Positions 19,320 to 29,682 of a DNA stretch of 64,000 bases are shown here, piece after piece. Numbering within the stretch: position 1 is the first letter of the stretch; each line of letters begins with the position of its first letter. Source of the DNA: an uncultured Acidobacteriota bacterium (GTDB taxonomy: Bacteria > Acidobacteriota > Vicinamibacteria > Vicinamibacterales > UBA8438). Under the pieces are notes generated by a model that saw nothing but the letters and a program-made list of their open reading frames with translations, did no database searches and was not told the origin of the DNA. The DNA is taken from positions 81,193-145,192 of the forward strand of contig CAJWLU010000007.1 in assembly GCA_913043225.1 (NCBI GenBank), read 5' to 3'. Position numbers and translations under genes: made by a program.

Positions 19320-21313
19320 CAGCCGGCAGCGCTGGTCGGCCCGGCGCCGTCATCCTGGCTGGCCCGCTGGGGCACATTCACCAGCATGTGATAGAGCGGC
19401 ACGAACACCACCGACCCGAGCAGGGCACTCTGCATGAACGAGGGTAAGACCTGATTGATCGCGAAGTAACTGCCACCGAGCACCACGAACGCCAGCAGCA
19501 CTGCCATCAGCGCTTCACCGGCGATGAATCCGGACGACAGCAGCACACCCGTGTTGGTGGCTCTGGTGACAGCCGCCTTGTCGACGCCCCTAGCGGTCAG
19601 CGAACGCGACAGCATCCAGGCCATCAGCCCGCCCACAAAGATGGCCGAGGTCGAACCAAATGGCAGATACATACCAACCGCAATCAGCATCGGAGACGGC
19701 GAATTGATTAGGATCAGCCCCAACGCCAGGGCCATGCCGGTAACGACGAGCGGCCAGGCCATCTCGCCGCCCACGATCCCCTGCGCCATCAGAGCCATGA
19801 GGCCTGCCTGCGGCGCTGGCAGCTCAGCGCTGCCGATCTCGTAGACCCGGTCCATCGCGATCATGGGCCAGATCAAGACCAGGGCGGCGATGACGACGCC
19901 GATAATCTCGCCAACCTCCATCTTCCAGGGCGTGCCGCCCAGAATGTGCCCCACCTTGAGGTCTTGGAGCATGTCGCCCGCGATCCCGGCCGCACAACAC
20001 ACCACACCGGCGACGCCAAGCACCCCAAGAATGCCCCCGGGGCCGGTCACGCCGATCCCCACCATCAGCACCGCCGCGATCAGCAACGTGCTGAGCGTAA
20101 GGCCACTAATCGGGTTGTTGGAGCTTCCGAGCAAACCCACGAGATAGGCGGCGACCGCGGCAAAGAGAAAGCCAAGGGTCACCATCACTAGGGTTAGCAG
20201 CACCGCGCCCGGCAGGCTACCACTAAAGAACCAGTATAAGCCGAGCAGCGGCAGCGACAGCGCGGCAATCGCGACGCCGACCTTCGTGAAGTCCAGATCG
20301 AGATTGAGACGGCTCACCCCGTCGCCGCCCTCCTGAGCCTTCTTGATGTCGGTGAACGCCCGCCCGATCCCTTCGATCAACGAGGTGCGCAGCTTGAAGA
20401 GGGTGTAGAACGCCGCCACGATCATGGTCCCCACCGAGAGCGGACGCACCTGCTTAAGCCACACTTCGGTGCTCAGCGCAATTAGGGCCGACGCGTCGGA
20501 CGCCTGCGCCACACTTTCCGGATTGAGGAACAGCCCGAGCGGCACAAGGAGCAACCAGCCCATCACGGCCCCGGCGAACAGCGTGGACGAAATGGCTGGC
20601 CCCACGATGAACCCGACCCCGACCAAGGCCGGTGATGCCGCCGGGGACTGCAGGATGAACCCACCGACATAGGCCACCTGCTGGCCGAGCATGTCGATAG
20701 TCGATCGGCCCAGGTTGACGAACGTGGTGGCCGAGCTGGCCACCAGCTGCACGCCGTTCGAGTTCTTGATCAGCTCCCAGGCGCCGGCGAAACCCATCGC
20801 CTGAAAGACATGCCTGGCGCCGGTCTGTCCGCCTTGCCCCGCCTTCACTAACTCGGCGGCCGCCACGCTCTCGGGGAACGGCAGGTCGGCCTCGACCACC
20901 ATCGTGCGCCGAAGCACAATGATGAAGAGCACACCAAGCAAACCACCCACCAACATGATGGCGGTGCTCTCCCAATAGCGCAGCTCGTCCCAGACCCCGC
21001 TGATGACGAAGGCCGGGATGGTGAAGATGGCGCCAGCCACCAGCGCCTCGCCCACCGACGCGGTGGTTCTCGCGAGGTTCTCCTCAAGGATGGACCCTCC
21101 CATTGCCCGGAGCGCCGCCATCGCGACGACGGCGGCCGGGAAGGTCGCTGCGACCGTCAAACCGGCCCGCATCCCCAGGTAGGCGTTGGCGGCGCCGAGG
21201 ACGATGGCCATCACGACACCGAGACTCACCGCCCGAAAGGTAAGCTCAGGCAGGGTGGTGTCCTCGGGCACGAACGGAACGAACCCGGACTCAGACCTGT
21301 CTGGGGTGCTCAT
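19319..21313 (-). CDS. OPT family oligopeptide transporter (YSL-like prokaryotic clade)
   Basis: ELTFRA, ANAYLGMRAG, LPFPES, GSSNNPISG, DMLQDLKVG and LPAPQA motifs. Confidence 0.92.
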   Translation of the reverse strand: MSTPDRSESGFVPFVPEDTTLPELTFRAVSLGVVMAIVLGAANAYLGMRAGLTVAATFPAAVVAMAALRAMGGSILEENLARTTASVGEALVAGAIFTIPAFVISGVWDELRYWESTAIMLVGGLLGVLFIIVLRRTMVVEADLPFPESVAAAELVKAGQGGQTGARHVFQAMGFAGAWELIKNSNGVQLVASSATTFVNLGRSTIDMLGQQVAYVGGFILQSPAASPALVGVGFIVGPAISSTLFAGAVMGWLLLVPLGLFLNPESVAQASDASALIALSTEVWLKQVRPLSVGTMIVAAFYTLFKLRTSLIEGIGRAFTDIKKAQEGGDGVSRLNLDLDFTKVGVAIAALSLPLLGLYWFFSGSLPGAVLLTLVMVTLGFLFAAVAAYLVGLLGSSNNPISGLTLSTLLIAAVLMVGIGVTGPGGILGVLGVAGVVCCAAGIAGDMLQDLKVGHILGGTPWKMEVGEIIGVVIAALVLIWPMIAMDRVYEIGSAELPAPQAGLMALMAQGIVGGEMAWPLVVTGMALALGLILINSPSPMLIAVGMYLPFGSTSAIFVGGLMAWMLSRSLTARGVDKAAVTRATNTGVLLSSGFIAGEALMAVLLAFVVLGGSYFAINQVLPSFMQSALLGSVVFVPLYHMLVNVPQRASQDDGAGPTSAAG

Positions 21314-21414
21314 AACGCTCTGGTCTCCAGAGAGTACTGCAGCGAATCGTCGCCGACGTTGACACTGCGTTGCAGCACTGTATGGCCAACGGCAGACGGA
21401 CGCAACCGGTCTCC

Positions 21415-21444
21415 TTGTCAGTCTCGAAACGCCAGTGGTAGGCT
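21415..21444 (+). promoter_or_regulatory. Putative sigma70 promoter for metF
   Basis: TTGTCA-18 nt-TAGGCT with an extended -10 TG. Confidence 0.45.
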
Positions 21445-21506
21445 CGGCCGACCTCCCGTCGGCCGTCTACAGCCGTCAACCGATGCAGCCGAGAACACAC
21501 AGGGAG

Positions 21507-22493
21507 ATGAGCCATGTGACCCGTCCGATGAGTGCCAGCCCAAACTCTCGTCTCACGCGCCTACCGACCAGGGCCGGCGTAACACCGACGAGCATCCGAC
21601 TGATCCGGGACATCTACGCCGAAGCGAAAGCAGTCGATCGACCGGTCATGTCGATCGAACTCTTCCCTCCAAAGACCGAGAAGGGCAACGCCACGCTGTT
21701 CGACCGGACTCTCCCCGCCCTGCAAGCGCTCGGTCCAGACTTCTATTCCGTCACCTACGGCGCTGGCGGCAGCACCAGAGACAAAACGCTCGAGCTAGCC
21801 GATGCGATCCAGCGACGTCATCAGACGACGACGATGGCGCACCTCACCTGTATCAGCACCACGCTTGCCGACATCGGACGCTACCTCGACGACGCACGGA
21901 GCCGCGGGATCCGCAACATCTTGGCGCTACGCGGTGATCCGCCGCAGGCCCCCGAGGAACATCGATCTAGCGGGACAGGCTTCGAGTATTCCTACCAGTT
22001 GGTGGAGTTCATCCGCGAGAGGAGCGGCTTCTCGATCGGCACCGCGGGTTTCCCGGAAAGCCACATTGCATGCACGGAAGGCAGACACGTCGACTGGCAG
22101 CGCCTGAAAGCGAAGATCGATCATGGGGCGGACTTCGTCCTCACCCAGCTCTTCTTCGACAACGACGACTACTTCGCGTTCCGGGACTATCTAGTCGGTG
22201 AGCTGGGGGTCGATGTTCCGCTCACACCGGGGGTACTACCGATCCTCAGCCGTGAGCAGATCACCCGATTCGCGGCGCTCTGTGGCGCCACCCTGCCGTC
22301 GAGCCTGCTGTCGACACTCGAGTCGTTCGGCGACGACACGGCTGCGGTCGCCCATTTCGGCGCAGAGTTCGCGAGCCGACAGTGCGAGGCGCTTCTTGCC
22401 GGCGGAGCGCCGGGCATACACCTCTACTCGCTCAATCGCCCGGAAGGCGCCACCGCGATCTTCGAGCACCTCGGCCTCACCGACCGATCTTGA
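21507..22493 (+). CDS. metF: Methylenetetrahydrofolate reductase
   Basis: ELFPPK, SVTYGAGG, AHLTC, LALRGD, TQLFFD and HLYSLN motifs. Start uncertain (21507, 21516 or 21528). Confidence 0.93.
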   Translation: MSHVTRPMSASPNSRLTRLPTRAGVTPTSIRLIRDIYAEAKAVDRPVMSIELFPPKTEKGNATLFDRTLPALQALGPDFYSVTYGAGGSTRDKTLELADAIQRRHQTTTMAHLTCISTTLADIGRYLDDARSRGIRNILALRGDPPQAPEEHRSSGTGFEYSYQLVEFIRERSGFSIGTAGFPESHIACTEGRHVDWQRLKAKIDHGADFVLTQLFFDNDDYFAFRDYLVGELGVDVPLTPGVLPILSREQITRFAALCGATLPSSLLSTLESFGDDTAAVAHFGAEFASRQCEALLAGGAPGIHLYSLNRPEGATAIFEHLGLTDRS

Positions 22494-22509
22494 GCAGCTC
22501 CGCGCGGTC

Positions 22510-22701
22510 TTACGACCGCTCGATCCACTCGACGAACTTCGACCCGTTAGAGTCGTCGACGATCATCACTCGCGTGACCCGCTGATTTTCGTGAATCAGC
22601 GCCTTGATCGCCTCGCGCGCCGCCTCCACCGTGTCGTAGCGATCGAAGACGATCGACGAATTCACCGCTCCCCCGCGTACCGTGGGAATCAACTTGAACA
22701 T
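22510..22701 (-). CDS. Small hypothetical protein (about 63 aa)
   Basis: MFKLIPTVRGG...FDRYDTVEAAREAIKAL...RVMIVDD...FVEWIERS. Protein-like composition, AGGT SD-like. Confidence 0.65.
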   Translation of the reverse strand: MFKLIPTVRGGAVNSSIVFDRYDTVEAAREAIKALIHENQRVTRVMIVDDSNGSKFVEWIERS

Positions 22702-22884
22702 AGCACCTGCAATTCCGTTCAGCGACGACACCGACCGTGTCATGGCGTGAGGAGATCATACGACGACGGCAGGCGTCCTCGCAGCAGTACTTGGATGAGG
22801 CTTCGATCCAAACACCAGTCCTGCTCCGGAGAACTGCTCGGCAGTTCTGCTGATCACCGGCAGAACTGGCGCCTACCTGCGAGG

Positions 22885-24000
22885 CTAGGGCACTGCGAGG
22901 GACGACGCCGGCCACTGACTACGCCCGAGCTTGGTACCTAGGACCAGCTGGACGACTTCGCCGTAGCTCGCCACCCCACTAGTGACCCGGTTGGCCCGCA
23001 GGTACTGGTCGTTAAGACGCCGGGCGCTCTGTTGCACGACGGGGACTACCCGACTCAAGCGTGCGCGGAGCGCCGCGTAGTCCGCGCGTGGCCCGTCGGC
23101 GAGCTGGGCCTCGAGCCACCGCTGGACCTCTTCAGGCAATGCTCCGAGCAGACGGGGCACCAGGAACATCCACCCGCTGTACTGCATCGCCTGATCACCA
23201 TCCAGACAGACCAGCCACCCTACGAAGTTGGCTTCCGCTTCATGAGCAAAGCCCGCCAGATGTGCCCATTCGTGCGCCGTCACGAACGGGCGCTCGAATG
23301 GCAGCACAGTGTCGTTGACGAGCACCTGTAGGAAGAACGGGTCGATCATCCCGTCGATGCCAGCCCGCCGGAAGTACGGCGTCAACAGGGAGCGACGAGG
23401 GCGCACACTTGAGGCAGGTCGGACACCACCAAGCTGGCGCTGGACCCGCTCGAACGCCGGCCCCAGGCGCTCAGGTAGGTCATCGAGCTGCGGCCAGCGC
23501 AGGTCGGTCGTCGTATCAAAGAGCCGGTTGAGCTCGGAGATCGCCGACGCGGTCAGCACCTCCAGGCGCTCCGCGTTGATGGCCGCCGCGTCGTACTCGA
23601 GCCTCGAAGCCAGCGCCTCGCGGCGGTAGTTGAGGCCCCAGGTCGCCAGGAATACGAGATAGAGCGCCGCCGCGGCAACCAGGGTGCCTGCAAAAAGACC
23701 GGCCACTGTCGCGCGTCGACTACCACCGGAGGCGGCAGAGAGACGCCAGACCCACCAACTCACGACCAGGAACGACCCAGCGACCAGCAGCACATCGAAT
23801 AAGGCGAGGTCGACGAGGCGGCTGACGGCGGTAATGATGTCTCGAACAAGCGGGTAGAAACCGCCCGCGTACACAACCTCGACCATCCCCCGGGGCATCG
23901 GGAGCAACGCCATGGCGAGCGCAGCGACCACCACGCCCAGCTGCCACGACAGCGAACGGCGGAACAGCGAGGCGGCTCGGCGTTCACGCGCAGAGATCAT
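22885..24000 (-). CDS. DUF3810-like membrane protein with HExxH zincin motif
   Basis: WGLNYRR and PFVTAHEWAHLAGFAHEAEANF motifs, N-terminal TMs. Confidence 0.8.
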   Translation of the reverse strand: MISARERRAASLFRRSLSWQLGVVVAALAMALLPMPRGMVEVVYAGGFYPLVRDIITAVSRLVDLALFDVLLVAGSFLVVSWWVWRLSAASGGSRRATVAGLFAGTLVAAAALYLVFLATWGLNYRREALASRLEYDAAAINAERLEVLTASAISELNRLFDTTTDLRWPQLDDLPERLGPAFERVQRQLGGVRPASSVRPRRSLLTPYFRRAGIDGMIDPFFLQVLVNDTVLPFERPFVTAHEWAHLAGFAHEAEANFVGWLVCLDGDQAMQYSGWMFLVPRLLGALPEEVQRWLEAQLADGPRADYAALRARLSRVVPVVQQSARRLNDQYLRANRVTSGVASYGEVVQLVLGTKLGRSQWPASSLAVP

Positions 24001-24167
24001 GGATGGATTCCCAGACGGTACGCCAGCCATGATACGCGACCGACAGTGGCACGAGCTCCGGCCATCCGGCTCACCCAGGGTGGACCTCATTACGAGGTCC
24101 GCCCTGACTTTCCCTCACGCTCGCGCACACCCCGGGCTCCGCGCCGCTCCGGTGGTACACTCGCCAG

Positions 24168-26249
24168 ATGTCCGACGACGATCTTAAGTGGGGCCACTCC
24201 ACTGTCGACACTGTCTGTCCGCTCGATTGCCCAGACGCCTGCAGCCTCGAGGTCACTGTCGAGAAAGGCAAGCTCGTCAAGATTGACGGTTCGGAGACGC
24301 AGTCGACCACGTCCGGCTACATCTGCGGCAAGGTCCGACAATTCGACCGGCGCGTTTACGGCGACAAGCGCCTACTGACCCCACTCATTCGCGACGGCCG
24401 GCAAGGCGAGTTCAAACGGGCCAGCTGGGACGACGCGCTGGCGCTGGTGACCAGGCGGATGCGTGAGATACGCGACCGCGACGGCGCCGAGGCGGTCCTC
24501 CCCTTTTCCTATGGCGGCTCGAACGGCCTGCTCACCCAAGACACCATCGATGCACGACTGTTCCGGCAGTTCGGCGCCTCGCGCCTGGCGCGCACGGTCT
24601 GCGCCATGCCAACCAGCACGGCCAATGAGGCTCTCTACGGCAAGATGCCCGGGGTCAGCTACGCGGACTATCGCCATGCCCGGCTGATCGTAGTCTGGGG
24701 CGCCAACCCGTCGAGCACCGGCATCCACCTGGTCCCGCACATCAAGGCAGCACAGGAAGCGGGCGCCGCACTCGTGGTTATCGACCCGCGCCGGACGAAT
24801 CTCGCGAGACAGGCCGACGTGCACCTACCGCTGCGGCCCGGCACCGACGTGGTCATCGCCCTCTCGATCCACCGGTTCCTATTCGAACAGGGCCTCGCAG
24901 ATGAGACATTCCTCGAGACCCATACCGTTGGCGCCGACCGTCTGCGGAGACGGGCGGAGGAGTGGACGTTCGAACGAGCATCCGAGGTCGCCGGCGTCGA
25001 TCAGGAACTACTCGAAAACATCGCTGAGCTGTACGCCGAGATCTCGCCCGCCGTCATTCGATGCGGATGGGGCCTGGAGCGGAACCGAAACGGCGGCAAC
25101 GCCGCGTTGTCGGTCCTTGCGCTGCCTGCGGTCGCCGGAAAGTTCGGCGTACGCGGCGGCGGCTACTCGATGAGCAACTCGACCGCTTGGCGGCTCGACG
25201 CCGAGCGCTGGATCGACACCCCGCCCCCCGAGACCCGCACCATCAACATGAACAAGCTGGGTGAGGCGCTGCTCGACTACCGCGACCCACCGGTCCAGAT
25301 GCTGTTCGTCTACAACTGCAACCCGGTGGCTACGATGCCGAACCAAAACCGGGTGATTGAAGGCCTGCAGCGGGACGACCTATTCACAGTCGTCTTCGAT
25401 CAGGTCATGACCGACACGGCGTTGCTGGCCGACGTCATCCTTCCAGCCACCACCTTTCTCGAGTCGTACGACGTGGTCCGTGGATATGGCACCGGCAACG
25501 TGCTGATGGGACGGCCTGTCATCGATGCAGTCGGACAATCACGACCCAATGTCGAGGTGTTCTCCGAACTGGCCCAGCGGCTCGAACTGCCCTGTGGCGC
25601 CGAGGAAACGACAGACGTCGAGACCTTGCTCCAGGTCGGCATGACGCTGCCTGACGAGTTGCGCGCGCCGCTGCTAGAGAACGGCTTCGCCCCGGGCCCG
25701 GCTGGCGAAAACCCGGTGCAGTTCGTGGACGTCCAACCGAGGACACCGGACGAGAAAGTGCACCTCTTCCCGGAGCATCTAGATCAGGAAAGCCCGCAGG
25801 GCCTGTACCGGTATCGACCGGCAGCCGAGGAGGAGGCCTATCCGCTCACCCTAATTTCGCCCGCGACCGAGAAGACCATCAACTCCAGTCTTGGAGAACT
25901 GCGGACCAGGGCGGCCAGCTTGCAGATGCACCCCAACGACGCCAACCGGCGCGGCCTCTCGACCGGCGACACCGTCCGGATCTTCAACGCGCTCGGAGAG
26001 GTGCACACGCCGGTGACTATCAACTCCGACATGCGCCCGGGCACGGTCGGCCTCCCCAAAGGACTATGGCGGATGAGCACGCTGAACGGCGCCACAGCCA
26101 ACGCGCTGGTCTCGGACGAGCTCACCGACCTGGGCGGCGGGGCGGTCTTCAACGATGCTCGGGTGGAAGTGACCCGGGTGGTGAACGTCAACCTCGATCG
26201 GGAGAACCTCCAGACCTGGGCCACCGACAACGCAGGCCAGGTTCACTAA
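24168..26249 (+). CDS. Molybdopterin oxidoreductase, Fe-S-containing catalytic subunit
   Basis: CPLDCPDAC...C 4Fe-4S motif, WGANP, IDPRRT, D.ILPATT and C-terminal MHP.DA MGD-binding domain. Confidence 0.9.
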   Translation: MSDDDLKWGHSTVDTVCPLDCPDACSLEVTVEKGKLVKIDGSETQSTTSGYICGKVRQFDRRVYGDKRLLTPLIRDGRQGEFKRASWDDALALVTRRMREIRDRDGAEAVLPFSYGGSNGLLTQDTIDARLFRQFGASRLARTVCAMPTSTANEALYGKMPGVSYADYRHARLIVVWGANPSSTGIHLVPHIKAAQEAGAALVVIDPRRTNLARQADVHLPLRPGTDVVIALSIHRFLFEQGLADETFLETHTVGADRLRRRAEEWTFERASEVAGVDQELLENIAELYAEISPAVIRCGWGLERNRNGGNAALSVLALPAVAGKFGVRGGGYSMSNSTAWRLDAERWIDTPPPETRTINMNKLGEALLDYRDPPVQMLFVYNCNPVATMPNQNRVIEGLQRDDLFTVVFDQVMTDTALLADVILPATTFLESYDVVRGYGTGNVLMGRPVIDAVGQSRPNVEVFSELAQRLELPCGAEETTDVETLLQVGMTLPDELRAPLLENGFAPGPAGENPVQFVDVQPRTPDEKVHLFPEHLDQESPQGLYRYRPAAEEEAYPLTLISPATEKTINSSLGELRTRAASLQMHPNDANRRGLSTGDTVRIFNALGEVHTPVTINSDMRPGTVGLPKGLWRMSTLNGATANALVSDELTDLGGGAVFNDARVEVTRVVNVNLDRENLQTWATDNAGQVH

Positions 26250-26259
26250 TCAGGACAGG

Positions 26260-27735
26260 CTATTCCGGTTCGAGCTCAAGGCCGGTGGGAGGAGTGGAGG
26301 TCGAGGCCTCGCGGTCGCTCATTTGGTTGTCTGGATGGACCAGGTCTGCAGGCAGTCCGGCCGGCATCCGCAGGGCGGCCAACAGCGCTGCCGCCGACAC
26401 CAGCGTCGCGCCGAAGAACGCACGCTGAATCCCAAGGACCATGTCGTCAGACGTGGCCCCGCTCTTGGACAACGTAGCGGCGATGACGGCACCCAGCACC
26501 GCTACTCCCACCGCGCCACCAATGCTCCGCGTGAACTGCCCGAACGACGTCGCCACCCCGAGGTGACGGCGCGACACGACGTTCTGCATCGCGAGCACCA
26601 GCGACAAGATGGTCATTCCCAGGCCCATCCCCATCAGGATGAGCACGCCAGGCAAGACCCCAGCCGGGGTGACCTCGTCGATCCGGGACAACCCGAAGAA
26701 GCTCGCGGTCACCGCCACAAGACCAGTCAGCACCATCGGTCGATAACCGACCCGTAGGACGACCCGGCCCGTCACCACGGAGGTGACGACCCACCCCAGG
26801 ATCAAAGGTGTCAACGCCTGCCCCGCCTCGACCGGCGTTCCACCGAGACCCTCCTGGACGAAGAGCGGCACGTAGCTGATCGCGCCGAACATCGACACCC
26901 CCACGAGTACGCCGGTCACCGAGATCGACGCGACCATGCGATCTGACAACAGATCAAGCGGCACCATCGGCTCGAGCGCCCGTCGTTCCACCCGCACCAG
27001 CCATACACCGCACAGCGCCGCGCCAACATAGGTTGGCAGCACCCACCAGCCGCCGATCCCACCTTCGAACCCGCTCCCGCTTAGCGCGACGATCAACAAG
27101 GTGGCCGAAGCAGTCAGTAGCATCGCCCCGGCATAGTCGACCTGGTAGACCTCTCGGTCCGACCGGTCACGCAGCGCACCCCCCACCGCCAGCGCCGCGG
27201 CAATCCCGAATGGAATGTTCAGGTAAAACACCCACCGCCACGAAAACAGTTCGGTGACATAGCCACCGGTCACCGGCCCCACCACCGAGGCCACACCCCA
27301 AACCCCGCTGAGAAGCCCCTGCATCCGCCCCCGCTCCTCCAGGGTATAGAGATCGCCCAGGACGCTCATCCCGAGCGGCAATAGACCTCCCGCCCCGACC
27401 CCTTGAAGCGCGCGAAATAAAATGAGCGCCGACATCGACTGCGCGGCGCCAGACAACGCCGACCCGAGCAAGAAGAGCCCGACACTCCACAAATAGAAAC
27501 GACGGCGACCGTACAGGTCTGACAGCTTGCCCCAGAGCGGAATCGAGACCGTGGAGGTCAACAAATAGGCCGAGAACACCCAGCTGTAGTGTTCGAGCCC
27601 TCCAAGCTGGGAGGCGACCGTCGGCATCGCGGCGGCTACCACCGTCGTTTCGATGGCGGCAAGGAAAGTGCCGCCAAGCACGCCGGCCGTGGCCACGGCC
27701 CGACTCGTTCTAGTCCTCGGAGCGCGGTCCATCAT
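26260..27735 (-). CDS. MFS drug:H+ antiporter, DHA2/MDR type
   Basis: WGKLSDLYGRR, RALQGVGAGG and WRWVFYLNIP motifs. Confidence 0.9.
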   Translation of the reverse strand: MMDRAPRTRTSRAVATAGVLGGTFLAAIETTVVAAAMPTVASQLGGLEHYSWVFSAYLLTSTVSIPLWGKLSDLYGRRRFYLWSVGLFLLGSALSGAAQSMSALILFRALQGVGAGGLLPLGMSVLGDLYTLEERGRMQGLLSGVWGVASVVGPVTGGYVTELFSWRWVFYLNIPFGIAAALAVGGALRDRSDREVYQVDYAGAMLLTASATLLIVALSGSGFEGGIGGWWVLPTYVGAALCGVWLVRVERRALEPMVPLDLLSDRMVASISVTGVLVGVSMFGAISYVPLFVQEGLGGTPVEAGQALTPLILGWVVTSVVTGRVVLRVGYRPMVLTGLVAVTASFFGLSRIDEVTPAGVLPGVLILMGMGLGMTILSLVLAMQNVVSRRHLGVATSFGQFTRSIGGAVGVAVLGAVIAATLSKSGATSDDMVLGIQRAFFGATLVSAAALLAALRMPAGLPADLVHPDNQMSDREASTSTPPTGLELEPE

Positions 27736-27792
27736 CCGGGTCGCGGTGTGCATGTTACGATTCGGGTAACGATTAACGACCACATACCGACC

Positions 27793-28092
27793 ATGAGTAA
27801 TTCCACCGACGGCCCTCGTCTCGTCAAGTGCGCCAAGTTTCAGCGAGAACTGCCAGGACTGCCAGCCCCCCCCTGGCCGGGTGAGCTGGGCCAGCGAATC
27901 TTCGAGAACGTGTCAGCCGAAGCCTGGGGGCAATGGGAAGAACGAATGAAAATGCTCCTCAATGAGTACCACCTCAAGCCCTGGGAGAAAGAGGCGCAGG
28001 CGCTGGTGGCGAACTTCATGGAAGAGTTCTTCTTCGGCGAAGGCTCGGCGCTGCCGCCCGAGTTCGTGCCCGAGAACGACAAGGCCCAGTAG
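27793..28092 (+). CDS. yggX: Fe(II) trafficking / oxidative damage protection protein
   Basis: VKCAKF..ELPGL..PPWPGELGQRIFENVS.EAW..W...NEY.L motif. Confidence 0.88.
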   Translation: MSNSTDGPRLVKCAKFQRELPGLPAPPWPGELGQRIFENVSAEAWGQWEERMKMLLNEYHLKPWEKEAQALVANFMEEFFFGEGSALPPEFVPENDKAQ

Positions 28093-28093
28093 C

Positions 28094-29524
28094 TCAGCGA
28101 GCTTCCCCGAGTAAGGGCGCCGCCTCCTCCTCGCTTTGAGCCGGCGTGAGCAGGCTCACCACCACGAGCGTCCCGATCGACAGCGCCAGCGCCGGATACG
28201 CGGTCTCCAGACCGAACAGGTACCCAGGGACTCCGTCCACGGTCCGGATCCGGCCCACGACCTCCCACGCCAGCGTCGTCCCCATCCCGACGAAGATCGA
28301 AGCCACGCCGCCCTGGCGGGTGGCCCGTCGCCACAGCAGGGCGCCGAGCAGCGCCGGCGTAATCCCGGCCCCGTACATCGTGTAGGCCCACAGAGCCATC
28401 TCTAGAATGGTCGGGAAGAAGTTACCGGCGATGTAGCCCAGCACGCCCAGTAGCACGACGATCGCTCGGGTATAGGCGATCAACTGGCGGTTGGTGACGT
28501 CCGGATTGATGAACCGCTGGTAGACGTCGCGAATCAGATTCGTCGATGGCGTAAGCAGGAAACTGTTGGCCGTCGACACGATGATGGCTGCGGCGCCACA
28601 CACCAAGATCACGCCCATAAAGTCAGGAAGCACGTCGGTGGCCACCCGGATGACGATCTCCTCTGACTGCGCGTCGGTCAGCCCAGGGGTACTGGCGCTG
28701 GCCAGTATCCCGGTCGCGTCGATCAGCGTCTCGACCACCATGGTGCCGACGATCCACCCCCCCACCGCGAGACGCGCCGCCCGCTCGTCGCGCGCCGAGA
28801 AGAACTTCTGATACATGTTCGCTTCGCCCAGCAGCAGGAACATCGTGGGCAGGAACAGTGCGAGTGACGCCTGCGGCCCTAGGGTACCGAACACCGACAC
28901 ATGCTGGACTGGGAGCGCCGCGAGCGCCGCACCCAGACCACCGACGTCGCCCACCATAAAGATCACGGCCAGCGTCACGCCGACGGTCATCAGCGTCCCA
29001 TTGCCGACGTCCAGGTAGGCAATCGATAACATCCCGGCCAATGCGGTAAACACCACGCAGAACACCATGGTGATCAACGCCCCCGTGTCCGGATCGACCG
29101 GCGCAATGAGCGCCAGCAGCCGGCCACCGCCGCGGAACTGATAGGCCGCGATCGTGGCGTAGGCCAGCACGGTGGTCACGGTGCCCAGCACCCGAGCCGT
29201 GGGACCATAGCGAAGCTCCAGAATGTCCGGAACGGTGTACTGGGCGATGCGCCGAACCCGTGGCGCGATGAAATACACCAGCGCGATTCCGGCCCAGGCG
29301 CCGGCCGACTGCCAAAGCGCTGGAAAACCTGCCCGATACCCAAGTCCGGCGCCGCCGAAGAGGCTTCCGGACCCGATCCAGGTGGCCAGCAACGTGAACA
29401 CGAGTACGCGGGCCGGCAGGGTACGGCCGGCCACCAAGAAGTCGTCACCCGTCTTGACTCGTCGGCTTCTGACGGTGCCGATCAGCACGAGGATCGACAG
29501 ATACAGGAGGACGGCGGTCAGCAT
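28094..29524 (-). CDS. Sodium:solute symporter (SSS) family protein
   Basis: DFLVAGR, ATWIGSG, TVPDILE.RYG and YQKFFSA motifs. Confidence 0.9.
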   Translation of the reverse strand: MLTAVLLYLSILVLIGTVRSRRVKTGDDFLVAGRTLPARVLVFTLLATWIGSGSLFGGAGLGYRAGFPALWQSAGAWAGIALVYFIAPRVRRIAQYTVPDILELRYGPTARVLGTVTTVLAYATIAAYQFRGGGRLLALIAPVDPDTGALITMVFCVVFTALAGMLSIAYLDVGNGTLMTVGVTLAVIFMVGDVGGLGAALAALPVQHVSVFGTLGPQASLALFLPTMFLLLGEANMYQKFFSARDERAARLAVGGWIVGTMVVETLIDATGILASASTPGLTDAQSEEIVIRVATDVLPDFMGVILVCGAAAIIVSTANSFLLTPSTNLIRDVYQRFINPDVTNRQLIAYTRAIVVLLGVLGYIAGNFFPTILEMALWAYTMYGAGITPALLGALLWRRATRQGGVASIFVGMGTTLAWEVVGRIRTVDGVPGYLFGLETAYPALALSIGTLVVVSLLTPAQSEEEAAPLLGEAR

Positions 29525-29682
29525 GAGCCCCTCATGATACTGATATCCTCTGACCGACGCCGGCCTACAAGCACCACCGCAAGCGCGACTTCTCCAAGAT
29601 CCCTGAAGCGAACGGCGCCGCGACGTCCACCCGACGCGGCAAGGGGCCGAAACAGAAGCCGCTAGAATCGGCAGCATTATTC

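Noticed and set aside
21314..21506. SAM or SAH riboswitch upstream of metF
   Set aside because: AGGCTCGG and GCGTTGC resemble SAH fragments, but the required pairing elements are not evident, and TAGGCT is better explained as a -10 box. An Rfam/Infernal scan would settle it.
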